Positions 27,613 to 41,600 of a stretch of 64,000 nucleotides of DNA are shown piece by piece. The translations under genes were made by a program, and so were the position numbers. Numbering within the stretch: position 1 is the first letter of the stretch; each line of letters begins with the position of its first letter. The notes below the pieces were generated by a model, which was given only the letters and a program-made list of their open reading frames with translations, did no database searches and was not told the DNA's origin. The stretch lies in assembly GCA_964016885.1 (NCBI GenBank), contig OZ024744.1:9734001-9798000 (forward strand), written 5' to 3'. Origin of the DNA: Eledone cirrhosa (Eukaryota).

Positions 27613-27970
27613 AATGAAAGGTATAGAAAGTATTGTAGCAAGAAGCCAACAGTATTCCATAATATATATATATACTGAAATTATCATTGAACTGTCACAT
27701 TATTTTTTGAGAGAGAGAGAGAGATGAAATTAAGGAAAAATAACTAAACAAAGAAACAGCAGCAGGGAAGCAAGCAATGTCTGCCTCTACTAAACTAGAC
27801 CCACTGTAGTTTAACTTGTAGTGGTGGTATTGTTATCAGTGTTGAAGTTTAATTTATACTACTACTACGATTAGTATTGTCAGTACTACTAGTTGGAGGT
27901 GTTGCTGCTACAAGTGTTGTTATTTTGTGCATGTATATATGCATGTGTGTCTACCAGCAGCGCGGGTTTC

Positions 27971-28024
<54 letters not shown>

Positions 28025-28036
28025 CTTAATTTCAAA

Positions 28037-29531
28037 ATGGCGAACAGTGAAGACAACACCCGCAGTACTGATGTAGCTGTAAATGATAGCCAAAATTTAA
28101 GTATTGTCGCTGCTAATGACGGGACTAAATCTGTTAAGGATATTAATGAGAGTCAATCGAGTTCGGTAGATGTTCATTATGATGCAAACAATGCGCCTGA
28201 TTGTGTTAATGTGGACATTAATCCTGTTAAAAATCGCTACAAGTCTAAAAAAACTGGAAGGTTAACATCTTTAAAAGACTATAAAAAAACATGGTTTAAT
28301 CCTCCCAGATATCAATCAAAGTATTTATATTATAAAAACCTTGACAGTTATTTTCCATTACTGACTAGAAGATTCCGATCAGCAATCTTTTTTATTATTC
28401 TCAGTACTATATTATGGAGTATTTTCTGTGGGGTTAACATCGACAAATTAGAATGGTGGTTTTCCTTCATTGTGGTCCTTCTGATTTTCATCGAACTTGC
28501 TTGCCTAGGATTCACATACACCTGGTTCTATCGGAAATTTTACATCATCCCATCAATATTTATGGGGCCTGGAATATGCATCACCATTCTGATAGTCTAT
28601 ATATTTCTTGATAACCCAAACTACGAGGTATCGACATTTGCAGCTTCAGTGACCATCATTATTTTAATGTATACCACCATACCACTGCCCTTAACGTTTA
28701 TATTCCCTGTTGGGATTATCCATTCGACATCTTTGGAAGTTATAAACGTGTTTAAATCCCCATCATCTTTTATTGCCACGGTAATAACCGGAAGGGTTTT
28801 GTTACATCTATGTCTACATATACTTGGTGGTTACTTATACATTATTTTACAAGTGCGACGACATAGTTTATTCCAAAAGCTTCAACAGTCGACACGAAAT
28901 AAACGGACACAGGAGGAAGATAAAAAAATAATTGAACGAATGTTACATTCTCTTATGCCACCCGCTGTTGCTAAAAATGTCATCGATTCTCAGCCTTCTG
29001 GTGATGGGGTTATAACATTCAGACCCTTCCAGATCGATAAAATCGACCATGTTAGCATCCTCTTTGCAGACATTGTGGGTTTCACTAAAATGAGTTCGAA
29101 TAAAACCGCTAAACATCTTGTGGACCTTTTAAGTGATTTATTTGGACGTTTTGATAAACTTTGTGAAACCCTAGGATGTGAAAAAATAAGTACTTTAGGG
29201 GACTGTTACTACTGCGTGTCTGGTTGCCCAGAAGCTAATAAGGACCATGCGAAATGCTGTGTTGAGATGGGCCTTCGTATGATTGAGGCCATACAGGAAT
29301 TTGATAAGGAAAATAACGAACAAGTTAATATGCGAGTTGGGGTCCACACAGGGACAGTCCTTTGTGGGATTGTCGGCTCAAAACAATTTAAATTTGATGT
29401 CTGGTCTAATGATGTTACCCTAGCAAACATCATGGAAGCAACTGGAAAACCTGGACGTGTTCATATTTCTAAAACTTCTTATGAGTACCTTGATGATGAA
29501 TATGAAGTTGAAGAGGGGGAAGACTGCGAAG
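28037..29531 (+). CDS. ADCY9: Adenylate cyclase type 9-like, large first coding exon (N-terminus, M1 transmembrane cluster, C1a catalytic domain)
   Basis: Hydrophobic helices, then VSILFADIVGFTKMSSNK, CEKISTLGDCYYCVSGCP, MRVGVHTGTVLCG, FKFDVWSNDV (AC9-type variants). AAAATGG start context. Donor AG|GTAAG at 29531/29532, phase 1. No later exons were recognised in the window. Confidence 0.92.
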
Positions 29532-29574
29532 GTAAGGTATCACATATTGTTTATTTTTTATTAACGTTTTAATA

Positions 29575-32500
29575 TTTACTGTGAATATGTATATATATAT
29601 ATATAGATTAATGTGAGGTATTATGTGAGGTAAAGCCTTTACTGTGAAAATACAATAGTATATATAGAGTAATGTAAATGTTATGTGAGATATTATGTGA
29701 GGTAAAGCCTTTACTGTGAAAATACAATAGTATATATAGAGTAATGTAAATGTTATGTGAGGTAAAGCCTTTACTGTGAAAATACAATATATATATAGAG
29801 TAATGTAAATGTTCTGTGAGGTTAAGCCTTTACTGTGAAAATACAATAGTATATATAGAGTAATGTAAATATTATGTGAGATATTATGTGAGGTAAAGCC
29901 TTTACTGTGAAAATACGATAGTATATATAGAGTAATGTAAATGTTATGTGAGGTAAAGCCTTTACTGTGAAAATACAATAGTATATATAGAGTAATGTAA
30001 ATGTTATGTGAGGTAAAGCCTTTACTGTGAAAATACAATATATATATAGAGTAATGTAAATGTTCTGTGAGGTTAAGCCCTTACTGTGAAAATACAATAG
30101 TATATATAGAGTAATGTAAATGTTATGTGAGATATTGTGAGGTAAAGCCTTTACTGTGGAAATACAATAGTATATATAGAGTAATGTAAATGTTATGTCA
30201 GGTAAAGCCTTTACTGTGAAAATACAATAGTATATATAGAGTAATGTAAATGTTATGTGAGATGTTATGTGAGGTAAAGACTTTACTGCGAAAATAGAAT
30301 AGTAAATATAGAGTAATGTAAATGTTATGTGAGATATTGTGAGGTAAAGCCTTTACTGTGGAAATACAATAGTATATATAGAGTAATGTAAATGTTATGT
30401 GAGGTAAAGCCCTTACTGTGAAAATACAATAGTATATATAGAGTAATGTAAATGTTATGTGAGGTAAAGCCTTTACTGTGAAAATACAATTGTATATATA
30501 GAGTAATGTAAATGTTATGAGATATTATATGAGGTGAAGCCTTTACTGTGAAAATACAATTGTATATATAGAGTAATGTAAATGTTATGTGAGGTAAAAC
30601 CCTTACTGTGAAAATACAATAGTATATATAGAGTAATGTAAATGTTATGTGAGGTTAAGCCCTTACTGTGACAATACAATAGTATATATAGAGTAATGTA
30701 AATGTTATGTGAGATATTATGTGAGATAAAGCCTTTACTGTGACAATACAATAGTATATATAGAGTAATGCAAATGTTATGGGAGATATTATGTGAGGTA
30801 AAGCCTTTACTGTGAAAATACAATGGTATATATAGAGTAATGTAAATGTTATGTGAGGTAAAGCCTTTACTGTGAAAATACAATAGTATATATATAGAGT
30901 AATGTAAATGTTATGTGAGATATGTGAGGTAAAGCCTTTACCGTGAAAATACAATAGCATATATAGAGTAATGTAAATGTTATGTGAGATATTATGTGAG
31001 GTAAAGCCTTTACTGTGACAATATAATAGTATATATAGAGTAATGTAAATGTTATGTGAGGTAAAGCCTTTATTGTGAAAATACAATAGTATATATAGAG
31101 TAATGTAAATGTTATGAGATATTATGAGGTAAAGCCTTTACTGTGAAAATACAATAGTATATATAGAGTAATGTAAACGTGATGAGATATTGGGTGAGGT
31201 AAAGTCTTTACTGTGAAAATGCTATAGTATATATAGAGTAATGTAAATGTTATGCGAGATATTATGTGAGGTAAAGCCTTTACTGTGAAAATACAATAGT
31301 ATATATAGAGTAATGTAAATGTTATGTGAGATATTATGTGAGGTAAAGCCTTTACTGTGAAAATACAATAGTATATATAGAGTAATGTAAATGTTATGCG
31401 AGATATTATGTGAGGTAAAGCCTTTACTGTGAAAATACAATAGTATATATAGAGTAATGTAAATGTTATGTGAGATATTATGTGAGGTAAAGACTTTACT
31501 GTGAAAATACAATAGTATATATAGAGTAATGTAAATGTTATGTGAGATATTATGTGAGGTAAAGCCTTTACTGTGAAAATACAATAGTATATATAGAGTA
31601 ATGTAAATGTTATGTGAGGTACTATGTGAGGTAAAGCCTTTACTGTGGAAATACAATAGTATATATAGAGTAATGTAAATGTTATGTGAGGTAAAGCCTT
31701 TACTGTGACAATACAATAGTATATATAGAGTAATGTAGATATTATGTGAGGTAAAGCCTTTACTGTGAAAATACAATAGTATATATAGAGTAATGTAAAT
31801 GTTATGTGAGGTACTATGTGAGGTAAAGCCTTTACTGTGTAAATACAATAGTATATATAGAGTAATGTAAATGTTATGTTGGATGTTATGTGAGGTAAAG
31901 CCTTTACTGTGAAAATACAATAGCATATATAGAGTAATGTAAATGTTATGTGAGGTACTATGTGAGGTAAAGCCTTTACTGTGAAAATACAATAGTATAT
32001 ATAGAGTAATGTAAATGTTATGTGAGATATTATGTGAGGTAAAGCCTTTACTGTGAAAATACAATAGTGTATATAGAGTAATGTAAATGTTATGTGAGAT
32101 ATTATGTGAGGTAAAGCCTTCACTGTGAAAATACAATAGTATATATAGAGTAATGTAAATGTTATGTGAGGTACTATGTGAGGTAAAGCCTTTACTGTGT
32201 AAATACAATAGTATATATAGAGTAATGTAAATGTTATGTTGGATATTATGTGAGGTAAAGCCTTTACTGTGAAAATACAATAGCATATATAGAGTAATGT
32301 AAATGTTATGTGAGGTACTATGTGAGGTAAAGCCTTTACTGTGAAAATACAATAGTGTATATAGAGTAATGTAAATGTTATGTGAGATATTATGTGAGGT
32401 AAAGCCTTCACTGTGAAAATACAATAGTATATATAGAGTAATGTAAATGTTATGTGAGATATTATGTGAGGTAAAGCCTTTACTGTGAAAATACAATAGT

Positions 32501-35500
32501 GTATATAGAGTAATGTAAATGTTATGTGAGGTAAAGCCTTCACTGTGAAAATACAATAGTATATATAGAGTAATGTAAATGTTATGTGAGATATTATGTG
32601 AGGTAAAGACTTTACTGTGAAAATACAATAGTATATATAGAGTAATGTAAATGTTATGTGAGATATGTGAGGTAAAGCCTTTACTGTGAAAATACAATAG
32701 TATATATAGAGTAATGTAAATGTTATGTGAGGTAAAGCCTTTACTGTGAAAATACAATATATATATAGAGTAATGTAAATGTTCTGTGAGGTTAAGCCTT
32801 TACTGTGAAAATACAATAGTATATATAGAGTAATGTAAATATTATGTGAGATATTATGTGAGGTAAAGCCTTTACTGTGAAAATACGATAGTATATATAG
32901 AGTAATGTAAATGTTATGTGAGGTAAAGCCTTTACTGTGAAAATACAATAGTATATATAGAGTAATGTAAATGTTCTGTGAGGTTAAGCCCTTACTGTGA
33001 AAATACAATAGTATATATAGAGTAATGTAAATGTTATGTGAGATATTGTGAGGTAAAGCCTTTACTGTGGCAATACAATAGTATATATAGAGTAATGTAA
33101 ATGTTATGTCAGGTAAAGCCTTTACTGTGAAAATACAATAGTATATATAGAGTAATGTAAATGTTATGTGAGATGTTATGTGAGGTAAAGACTTTACTGC
33201 GAAAATAGAATAGTAAATATAGAGTAATGTAAATGTTATGTGAGATATTGTGAGGTAAAGCCTTTACTGTGGAAATACAATAGTATATATAGAGTAATGT
33301 AAATGTTATGTGAGGTAAAGCCCTTACTGTGAAAATACAATAGTATATATAGAGTAATGTAAATGTTATGTGAGGTAAAGCCTTTACTGTGAAAATACAA
33401 TTGTATATATAGAGTAATGTAAATGTTATGAGATATTATATGAGGTGAAGCCTTTACTGTGAAAATACAATTGTATATATAGAGTAATGTAAATGTTATG
33501 TGAGGTAAAACCCTTACTGTGAAAATACAATAGTATATATAGAGTAATGTAAATGTTATGTGAGGTTAAGCCCTTACTGTGACAATACAATAGTATATAT
33601 AGAGTAATGTAAATGTTATGTGAGATATTATGTGAGATAAAGCCTTTACTGTGACAATACAATAGTATATATAGAGTAATGCAAATGTTATGGGAGATAT
33701 TATGTGAGGTAAAGCCTTTACTGTGAAAATACAATGGTATATATAGAGTAATGTAAATGTTATGTGAGGTAAAGCCTTTACTGTGAAAATACAATAGTAT
33801 ATATATAGAGTAATGTAAATGTTATGTGAGATATGTGAGGTAAAGCCTTTACCGTGAAAATACAATAGCATATATAGAGTAATGTAAATGTTATGTGAGA
33901 TATTATGTGAGGTAAAGCCTTTACTGTGACAATATAATAGTATATATAGAGTAATGTAAATGTTATGTGAGGTAAAGCCTTTATTGTGAAAATACAATAG
34001 TATATATAGAGTAATGTAAATGTTATGAGATATTATGAGGTAAAGCCTTTACTGTGAAAATACAATAGTATATATAGAGTAATGTAAACGTGATGAGATA
34101 TTGGGTGAGGTAAAGTCTTTACTGTGAAAATGCTATAGTATATATAGAGTAATGTAAATGTTATGTGAGATATTATGTGAGGTAAAGCCTTTACTGTGAA
34201 AATACAATAGTATATATAGAGTAATGTAAATGTTATGTGAGATATTATGTGAGGTAAAGCCTTTACTGTGAAAATACAATAGTATATATAGAGTAATGTA
34301 AATGTTATGCGAGATATTATGTGAGGTAAAGCCTTTACTGTGAAAATACAATAGTATATATAGAGTAATGTAAATGTTATGTGAGATATTATGTGAAGTA
34401 AAGCCTTTACTGTGAAAATACAATAGTATATATAGAGTAATGTAAATGTTATGTGAGATATTATGTGAGGTAAAGCCTTTACTGTGAAAATACAATAGTT
34501 TATATAGAATAATGTAAATGTTATGTGAGATATTATGTGAAGTAAAGCCTTTACTGTGAAAATACAATAGTATATATAGAGTAATGTAAATGTTATGTGA
34601 GATATTATGTGAGGTAAAGCCTTTACTGTGAAAATACAATAGTATATGTAGAGTAATGTAAATGTTATGTGAGGTAACGCCTTTACTGTGAAAATTCAAT
34701 AGTATATATAGAGTAATGTAAATGTTCTGTGAGGTTAAGCCCTTACTGTGTAAATACAATAGTATATATAGAGTAATGTAAATGTTATGTGAGGTATTGT
34801 GTGAGGTAAAGCCTTTACTGTGTAAATACAATAGTAAATATAGAGTAATGTAAATGTTATGTGAGATATTATGTGAGGTAAAGCCTTTACTGTGAAAATA
34901 CAATAGTATATATAGAGTAATGTGAATGTTATGTGAGATATTGTGAGGTAAAGCCTTTACTGTGGAAATACAATAGTATATAAAGAGCAATGTAAATGTT
35001 ATGTGAGGTAAAGCCTTTACTGTCAAAATACAATAGTATATATAGAGTGTTATGTGAGATATTATGTGAGGTAAAGACTCTACTGCGAAAATAGAATAGT
35101 AAATATAGAGTAATGTGAATGTTATGTGAGATATTGTGAGGTAAAGACTTTACTGTGGAAATACAATAGTATATATAGAGTAATGTAAATGTTATGTGAG
35201 ATATTATGTGAGTTAAAGCCTTTACTGTGAAAATACAATAGTATATATAGAGTAATGTAAACGTCATGTGAGATATTATGTGAGGTAAAGCCTTTACTGT
35301 GAAAATACAATAGTATATATAGAGTAATGTAAATGTTATGTGAGGTATTATGTGAGGTAAAGTCTTTACTGTGAAAATACAATAGTATATATAGAGTAAT
35401 GTAAATGTTATGTGAGATATTATGTGAGATAAAGCCTTTACTGTGAAAATACAATAGTATATAAAGAGTAATGTAAATGTCATACGAGATATTATGTGAG

Positions 35501-35685
35501 GTAAAACCTTTACTGTGAAAATACAATAGTATATATAGAGTCATGTAAATGTTATGTGAGATATTATGTGAGGTAAAGACATTACTGTGAAAATACAATA
35601 GTATATATAGAGTAATGTAAATGTTATGTGAGGTATTATGTGATGTAAAGCCTTTACTGTGACAATACAATAGTATATATAGAGT
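29575..35685. repeat. 60/72-bp AT-rich minisatellite in the adenylate cyclase intron
   Basis: Core GAGGTAAAGCCTTTACTGTGAAAATACAATAGTATATATAGAGTAATGTAAATGTTATGT with an optional 12-bp GAGATATTATGT module. Confidence 0.97.
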
Positions 35686-38600
35686 GATTTCTTTATTTGC
35701 CACTAGGGCACAAAAGGTAGGGACAGATACAAGGGCGGAAGTTTACATATAATTAACGAGTACAAAAATATAACAATGAAATAACAACAACAAACGAAGT
35801 CCTCAATAGGGAGGGGGCATTAACATGGGTCGCACACACCCCGGAAAAAATGTGCGACCCTTCTCCTCAGGAGCACAAAGAGTAGGTGCTTCCCTCGTCT
35901 CCTCTTTTTCCTCGTCTTTCACCTACAGGCTGATATAGAGAGAAGACCCATTCACTCTGGCCATTCTCCCTACTTTCACCCACCTTTCATAAAACTTGCT
36001 GGGGTAGAGCACCTCTCTCTCCATTCTGATCCTTCTTTTAAAACGGTATTTGAAAAAGGGGACCAGTTGTTGGCCGGAGAGAAAGGTGTCTGACCTCAGC
36101 CCTTTCAGCCTCGTCCACCATAGAACTTCTTTAGCCATGGCTATCACACAGAGAAAAACCGCCTCTCCTTCGTTTTTGAAAGGGGGAGGCGGTTTGATCT
36201 TGACAATGGACTCGGTGGTCAACCGGATTGGTCCCACCCTCGACAGTAGTTCCACATAGCCCCACAGGTTAGCAATGCCTGGGCAGTGTACGAATGCGTG
36301 CACAACGGTTTCGTCGTCATGCACGCATCTCGGATAGATCTTATTCAAAGGATCCCTACCCAGGCTCCCATGCCTGTGGAGCTTGTCTCGAACGGGTAGA
36401 GCCCCTCGGTAGCACTGCCAAGCCAGGGACTTTTGGAAGTTGTCCATCGGTCCAGGGCCAAACGTCCTACCAAACAGACTGGCCAGTTCATCTTCCTCCA
36501 TGCCTAGAGCTTCTCCGAGAGCATTGTCACACCTGCTGCGTACCAACTCTCTATAGAATGTCGAGGTGGAGTCTCCACTGATTGCCGGGTCCGCTTTCCA
36601 GAGGGCCGTGAGCGCCTGGGCACATTCAATGTGCCAGTCGCCCACTTTTCTCGGTCTTTGCTTGACCCAGGATTGCAGCTCGGTGAGCGAAACGAGTCTG
36701 GGAAAGGCTCGCCTCACAAACGGGGCCCACACCGGTTGACCAGTGAGGAATACCTGGAGGTGCCGTAGCCTTAATGCGTGTTTACGCATCTGTAGCCACG
36801 GCATCCCCAGCCCTCCTTTCGAAGGGTGTTGACAGCAGATGGATCTCCTCACCAAAGGGGTCCGCTTGTTCCAAAGAAATTGGAACAGCGCGTACTCCAT
36901 TTTGGCGAGTCTTTTCACTGGGCAAGGCACGACGGTCAAGCGGTAGTAGATGACGGATGCTATATAAGTATTCGCCACCTCCGCTCGACCTTTCAGGGAT
37001 AGTTTGCACTGGGCCCACTTCTCGGTCAGTGCAAACACCCTGGCCGTTATCTCGTTCCAGTTTTTCTCCTACTGGAGGTCTGGTCCGAACCAGACCCCAA
37101 GCAGCTTCACCGGGCCCTCCGTCCAGCGTCCGACGACGTTATTGGAGGGCATCGGTTTGCCTCTCCATGTTCCGAGTTGCAAACCAACGGACTTGTCCCG
37201 GTTCAGCTTGGCTCCTGCAAACCTTTCATATTCCTCCAGTAAGGTGCCGATCTCACCGATTTGCGAGGTTTTCGACACCATTACTGTCACGTCATCGGCG
37301 TAGGCCGACGCCGCTTTCTGCAATCCCGGTTCCAAAGGGATGCCCTGCAACCGCTCCAACTTCCGCAGTAGTGGCTCAAGAGCCAGCACATACAGAAGGG
37401 AGGAGAGAGGGCATCCCTGTCGGATGGATCGCATGATTTGGAATGGCCCCGAGAGGTGGCCGTTCACCTTGACCCTTGAGCAGACGTTGCTGCTGTGCAT
37501 CGCAGCAATCCAACCCCTGAAAACGGGTCCGAAGCCTGCCGCCGCGAGCACCGCATCCAGGTAACGATGGTCAACCCTATCGAAAGCTTTAGATTGATCC
37601 AAGTTGATCAGGGCCCCACCAAAGCCGGGTTCATTCCCTACCCTCTCTATGATGTATCGCATAAGGTGGAGATTGTCGTGAATGGACCTGGACGGGATTG
37701 CGCATGTCTGCGCTTCTCCCACCAGGTTTCCGACGACAAGCGCCAACCTCTTCGCTAACACCTTGGCCAAAATCTTTAACTCTGTATTTAGCAGAGTTAT
37801 GGGCCTGAAGTTACTTATGTCATCCCCCTTGTTCTCATCCTTCCTCACCAGCGTAACTACGCCCTTGGTCACAGAACTGGGAATTCTCCCGTTCTGCTGC
37901 CAGTTGCAGTAGACCGCTTCGAGGATATCGGAGAACAAGTCCGGCATCGCTACATATAACTCGTATGGTAGACCATCGAGACCCGGGGATTTGCGTTTGC
38001 CGCATTGGCTCAGCGCCGCCCCTATCTCAGCAGCAGAAATCGGCCTTTAGCAGGACTTTGCCTCCCCGTCCGAGAGGCGCGGCAGACTGTCGAGGTATAG
38101 ATTGAAATCCATAGTCTCACCCGGCGCGCCGCCCCTCCCGAACAGTCGTGCAAAGTGCCGCTGAAAGGCCGCACACATCTGCCCAGGTTCAAGGATCACA
38201 CGCCCATCCTGGTCCTTCAAAGACCGAATCGTGGACTTGTTCCCACTTTTTGCCTCTGTCACTCGGGCCCAGCTCACAGCTTTGGCTCCCTCATTACCCA
38301 GAGCACGTATTTTACTCCTGACATGTACCCATGGGAGGTCGGGTACCCTGTATTACTGCGTGACGCCAGAAGACACACGACCGTGACTTCTGGCGTCACG
38401 CAGTAATACAGGGTACCCGACCTCCCATGGGTACATGCTGAAGCATATAAACAATATGCCCCCCACCGCAAGGTGGTCGTGGAGGTGCCACGGCAAAAAA
38501 GCACCCAGCCCACACTGTAAAGTGGACGTGTAGGCGCCACGAAAAAGCACCCAGCACTCACTGTAAATGAGGTTGGTGTTAGGAAGGGCATCCAGCTGTA

Positions 38601-41600
38601 GAAATCAAGCCAGATCAGTTCCTGTATGAGCAAGGCATGGTCAGCCGACCAGACACTGCCCACAACAGGACAACCCGTCTAACCCATGCTAGCGTGGAAG
38701 AACGGACGTAAAACGGTGATGATGATGATGATGATGACAACGCAGCCTTCATGCTTCACCTCAAAGAACTGGTCTAAGGCCATTCTTGATGCCAGCACGC
38801 CGGCTACATTGCCACTCCTAATCGCCTCTTCTACTCTATCTACTAATTCCCTTTCCGTCTTGTTCCTATCCCTTGCTAATTCCTGACTAAAACCTATCGA
38901 TTCTATTCTAATTGCTCTCCTAAGAGAGCTCCACCACCTGTTGTTGACAATTGCCCCTGTCAAACTCTGCTTAACTAACGTGCTAATCCGTTTACTGTAA
39001 GCTTTGCTTGGCGGTAAGGACAAGTTCAGCTTCCAGTAACCGGGTCCCTGTCTATGGGTTCTATCAAGGTGGCTATGCAGGTCACTAACTTGTGATCCGA
39101 ATAGTCAACCATGAACATTTTTGGACAGCTAAATGTGTCCCTATCCTTCTCTCTAACTAGGACCCTATCTATGTACGACCTAGATGTTCCGCTGCGATTG
39201 GTCCACGTCCATAGTGGTACAGTCGGAAAATCTAGTCGATATCTATCGGCCAGGTCAAATCGGCCGATTAACCTTTTGAGGCTTTTGCATACCCCTCTAT
39301 TGGCACATGCCCCTACATAGTCCCAACGTGCATCCAGGATACCATTCCAGTCCCCCACTAAAAGCAAGGAGCGGGACGTTCCCAGAAAAGTTTCCAGACA
39401 TTGGAAGTATTCCGGCCACGCTGCCCAAAAAGGGGCGTACACAGCAATTAGTCTAAGGGCCCCACTTTCACTACTGCCGACGTCTAAAACCACCATTCGA
39501 CCCTCCGTGCCCAGGTGCACCTTCTGTATGGCGAGGCCCAGGTGTTTTCGCAGCAGAACGACAACTCCACCCCCCGGTTGACAGAGAGATGCGAAGATCT
39601 CAAAGTCGTCGAAGAGGGGTGCCAGTTGGTGCTCGCTGCTGATCCTGGACTCGCAAATAGCCATTACATCCATTCTATGCGACCCGAGATCGTTTAAAAG
39701 TTTGCCTTGTTTCCAAGACAGTCCCAGGCCGCGTACATTCAGACACCCAACTCTTATATCAGCCATGTTGGTTAAAAGAGGAAGGACCTACCTGTTCGGC
39801 TCCTGAGGAGCATGTTGCACAATATCCATGGGCGTATTGGAGGGATTGTTTGGTGGGGTGTTGTTCTGTGGTGGAGTGGGGGTGTTTGGTGAGGTGTGGG
39901 TGGGGAAACGTTTCAAGAGGACGCGTTATAGGGTCGAGTACATGTTTTCCCCACGTCCTCAGGAAAGTTCTCTCTTAGTTTTGCATAGGTGTCCATTGGG
40001 AGTCTTATCATTTTTAAATGCGGTTTGTTGGCCGCGCTTGCAAAGAATTGCCCTTCAGTTTCCACCGAAGGGTCTTTGTGTATTGTTTTTACTAGTTCTT
40101 TGTTATTTGTGTTAATGTATGTATACTGTTTTATTTGTATTGTGTTTGTGTTTGTTTGTTGTTCTTGTGTGTGCTTACGTTTTGTTGTATGTGTTATGTT
40201 TTGGGGTGGGGCGAATTTTGTTTGTTCTGTTTGTTGGTGGTTGTGTGTTTGTTTCGTTTATGTTCGAGTGGTGCTTTCTTTTTTTCCTTTTTACAGGTTG
40301 GAAGAGTCCCCCCTCTTCGTCACTAGGTGCCGTTTCAGCTGGGTCCTCATCCGTGCTGTCGGGTAGTGGTGTATTTTGGGGTTTTGTTGTGTTTGTGTGT
40401 GTTTTTGGAGTTGTTTTGGGTGGGACCGTGTCTTGTGTTATTTTTCCGTGTTGTTTTTGTTGTTGTTGTTGTTTGTGTGTTTGTTTCGTTTATGTTCGAG
40501 TGGTGCTTTCTTTTTTTCCTTTTTACAGGTTGGAAGAGTCCCCCCTCTTCGTCACTAGGTGCCGTTTCAGCTGGGTCCTCATCCGGGCTGTTGGGTAGTG
40601 GTGTATTTTGGGGTTTTGTTGTGTTTGTGTGTGTTTTTGGAGTTGTTTTGGGTGGGACCGTGTCTTGTGTTATTTTTCCGTGTTGTGTTTGTTGTTGTTG
40701 TGGTGGTGGTGGTGGTGGTGGTGGTGGCGGTGGTGGTGTGTGGGGTGTAGGCAAAAGAGCCTTATTTTTTGTCAATTGAGGACAGGCAGCCCTTAGATGA
40801 CCCCTGCTTGAACAGTAGTAACATATGGGCCTCCTACCCTCGGCTGAAATGTATATAAATGTTTCTCCATCGAGGGATACCCTCTGTGGTATTCTAGCTA
40901 TTCGTTCTGGTCTCATTTGGACCAGAACCTCCATGCTCAAACTGCCGAAAATGTCTGTGGTGACTTCTGCTACTGAGAGGATTCCGTCCTCGTCTTCTAA
41001 AAATCCTGTTAGTACCTAGGAAATGCATGCATTTGGCCGGATTCCGGAGACCCTTATCTTCTGCGTTCTTTTCCCTAAATATGTGGGGAAAAATGTGTGT
41101 AGCTTGGAAACAATTGGCGCCACAGAGTATTTCCTGGCCGTCAATTGATCCTTCATTAGCACCGTTATATTCCCATAGAGTGGCCCTTTTTGTATGAACG
41201 ATATATCACTCCACACATTTTTTAGGACCAGCTCAATTTCTTTTTGGGATAATTGAGCTGGTTTCCTTGTTATGTTGGAAATTGTTCTGAAAGATATCGT
41301 TCTTAGTGTCGTGTCTCTTTTGATTTCTTGTGGGGAGGTGATTGTGAAGTCTCCTTCTTTGAAAGTTACATACTGTTTTGCATCCTTCATCTTTTCTCTC
41401 AGAGTTGTAATGTCCAGTTGCTTGCAGGTCTATGTTTTCCGGACCTTCTGTGCAAAGGAGGCACCAGTAGTGGGTTCGCTTTGTTTACTGTTATCGTTAT
41501 TTTTTCCTTGGTTGGTGTTGTGACTATTGCTGTTATTGTCATTGTTGTTTTTGTCTGCGTTTATGTGACTTTCTGGATTTTCACCCATTTTTACAAATGT

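Noticed and set aside
29532-29572. ORF extension KVSHIVYFLLTF* as a true C-terminus of a truncated cyclase
   Set aside because: A strong GTAAG donor at 29532 indicates read-through into the intron.
31122-35703. 628-aa, 511-aa and similar minus-strand ORFs
   Set aside because: Translations of the 60/72-bp minisatellite.
39828-40796. Hydrophobic Val/Cys/Phe-rich ORFs (also 43360-44085)
   Set aside because: Antisense readings of the low-complexity A/C-rich Tx1 ORF1.
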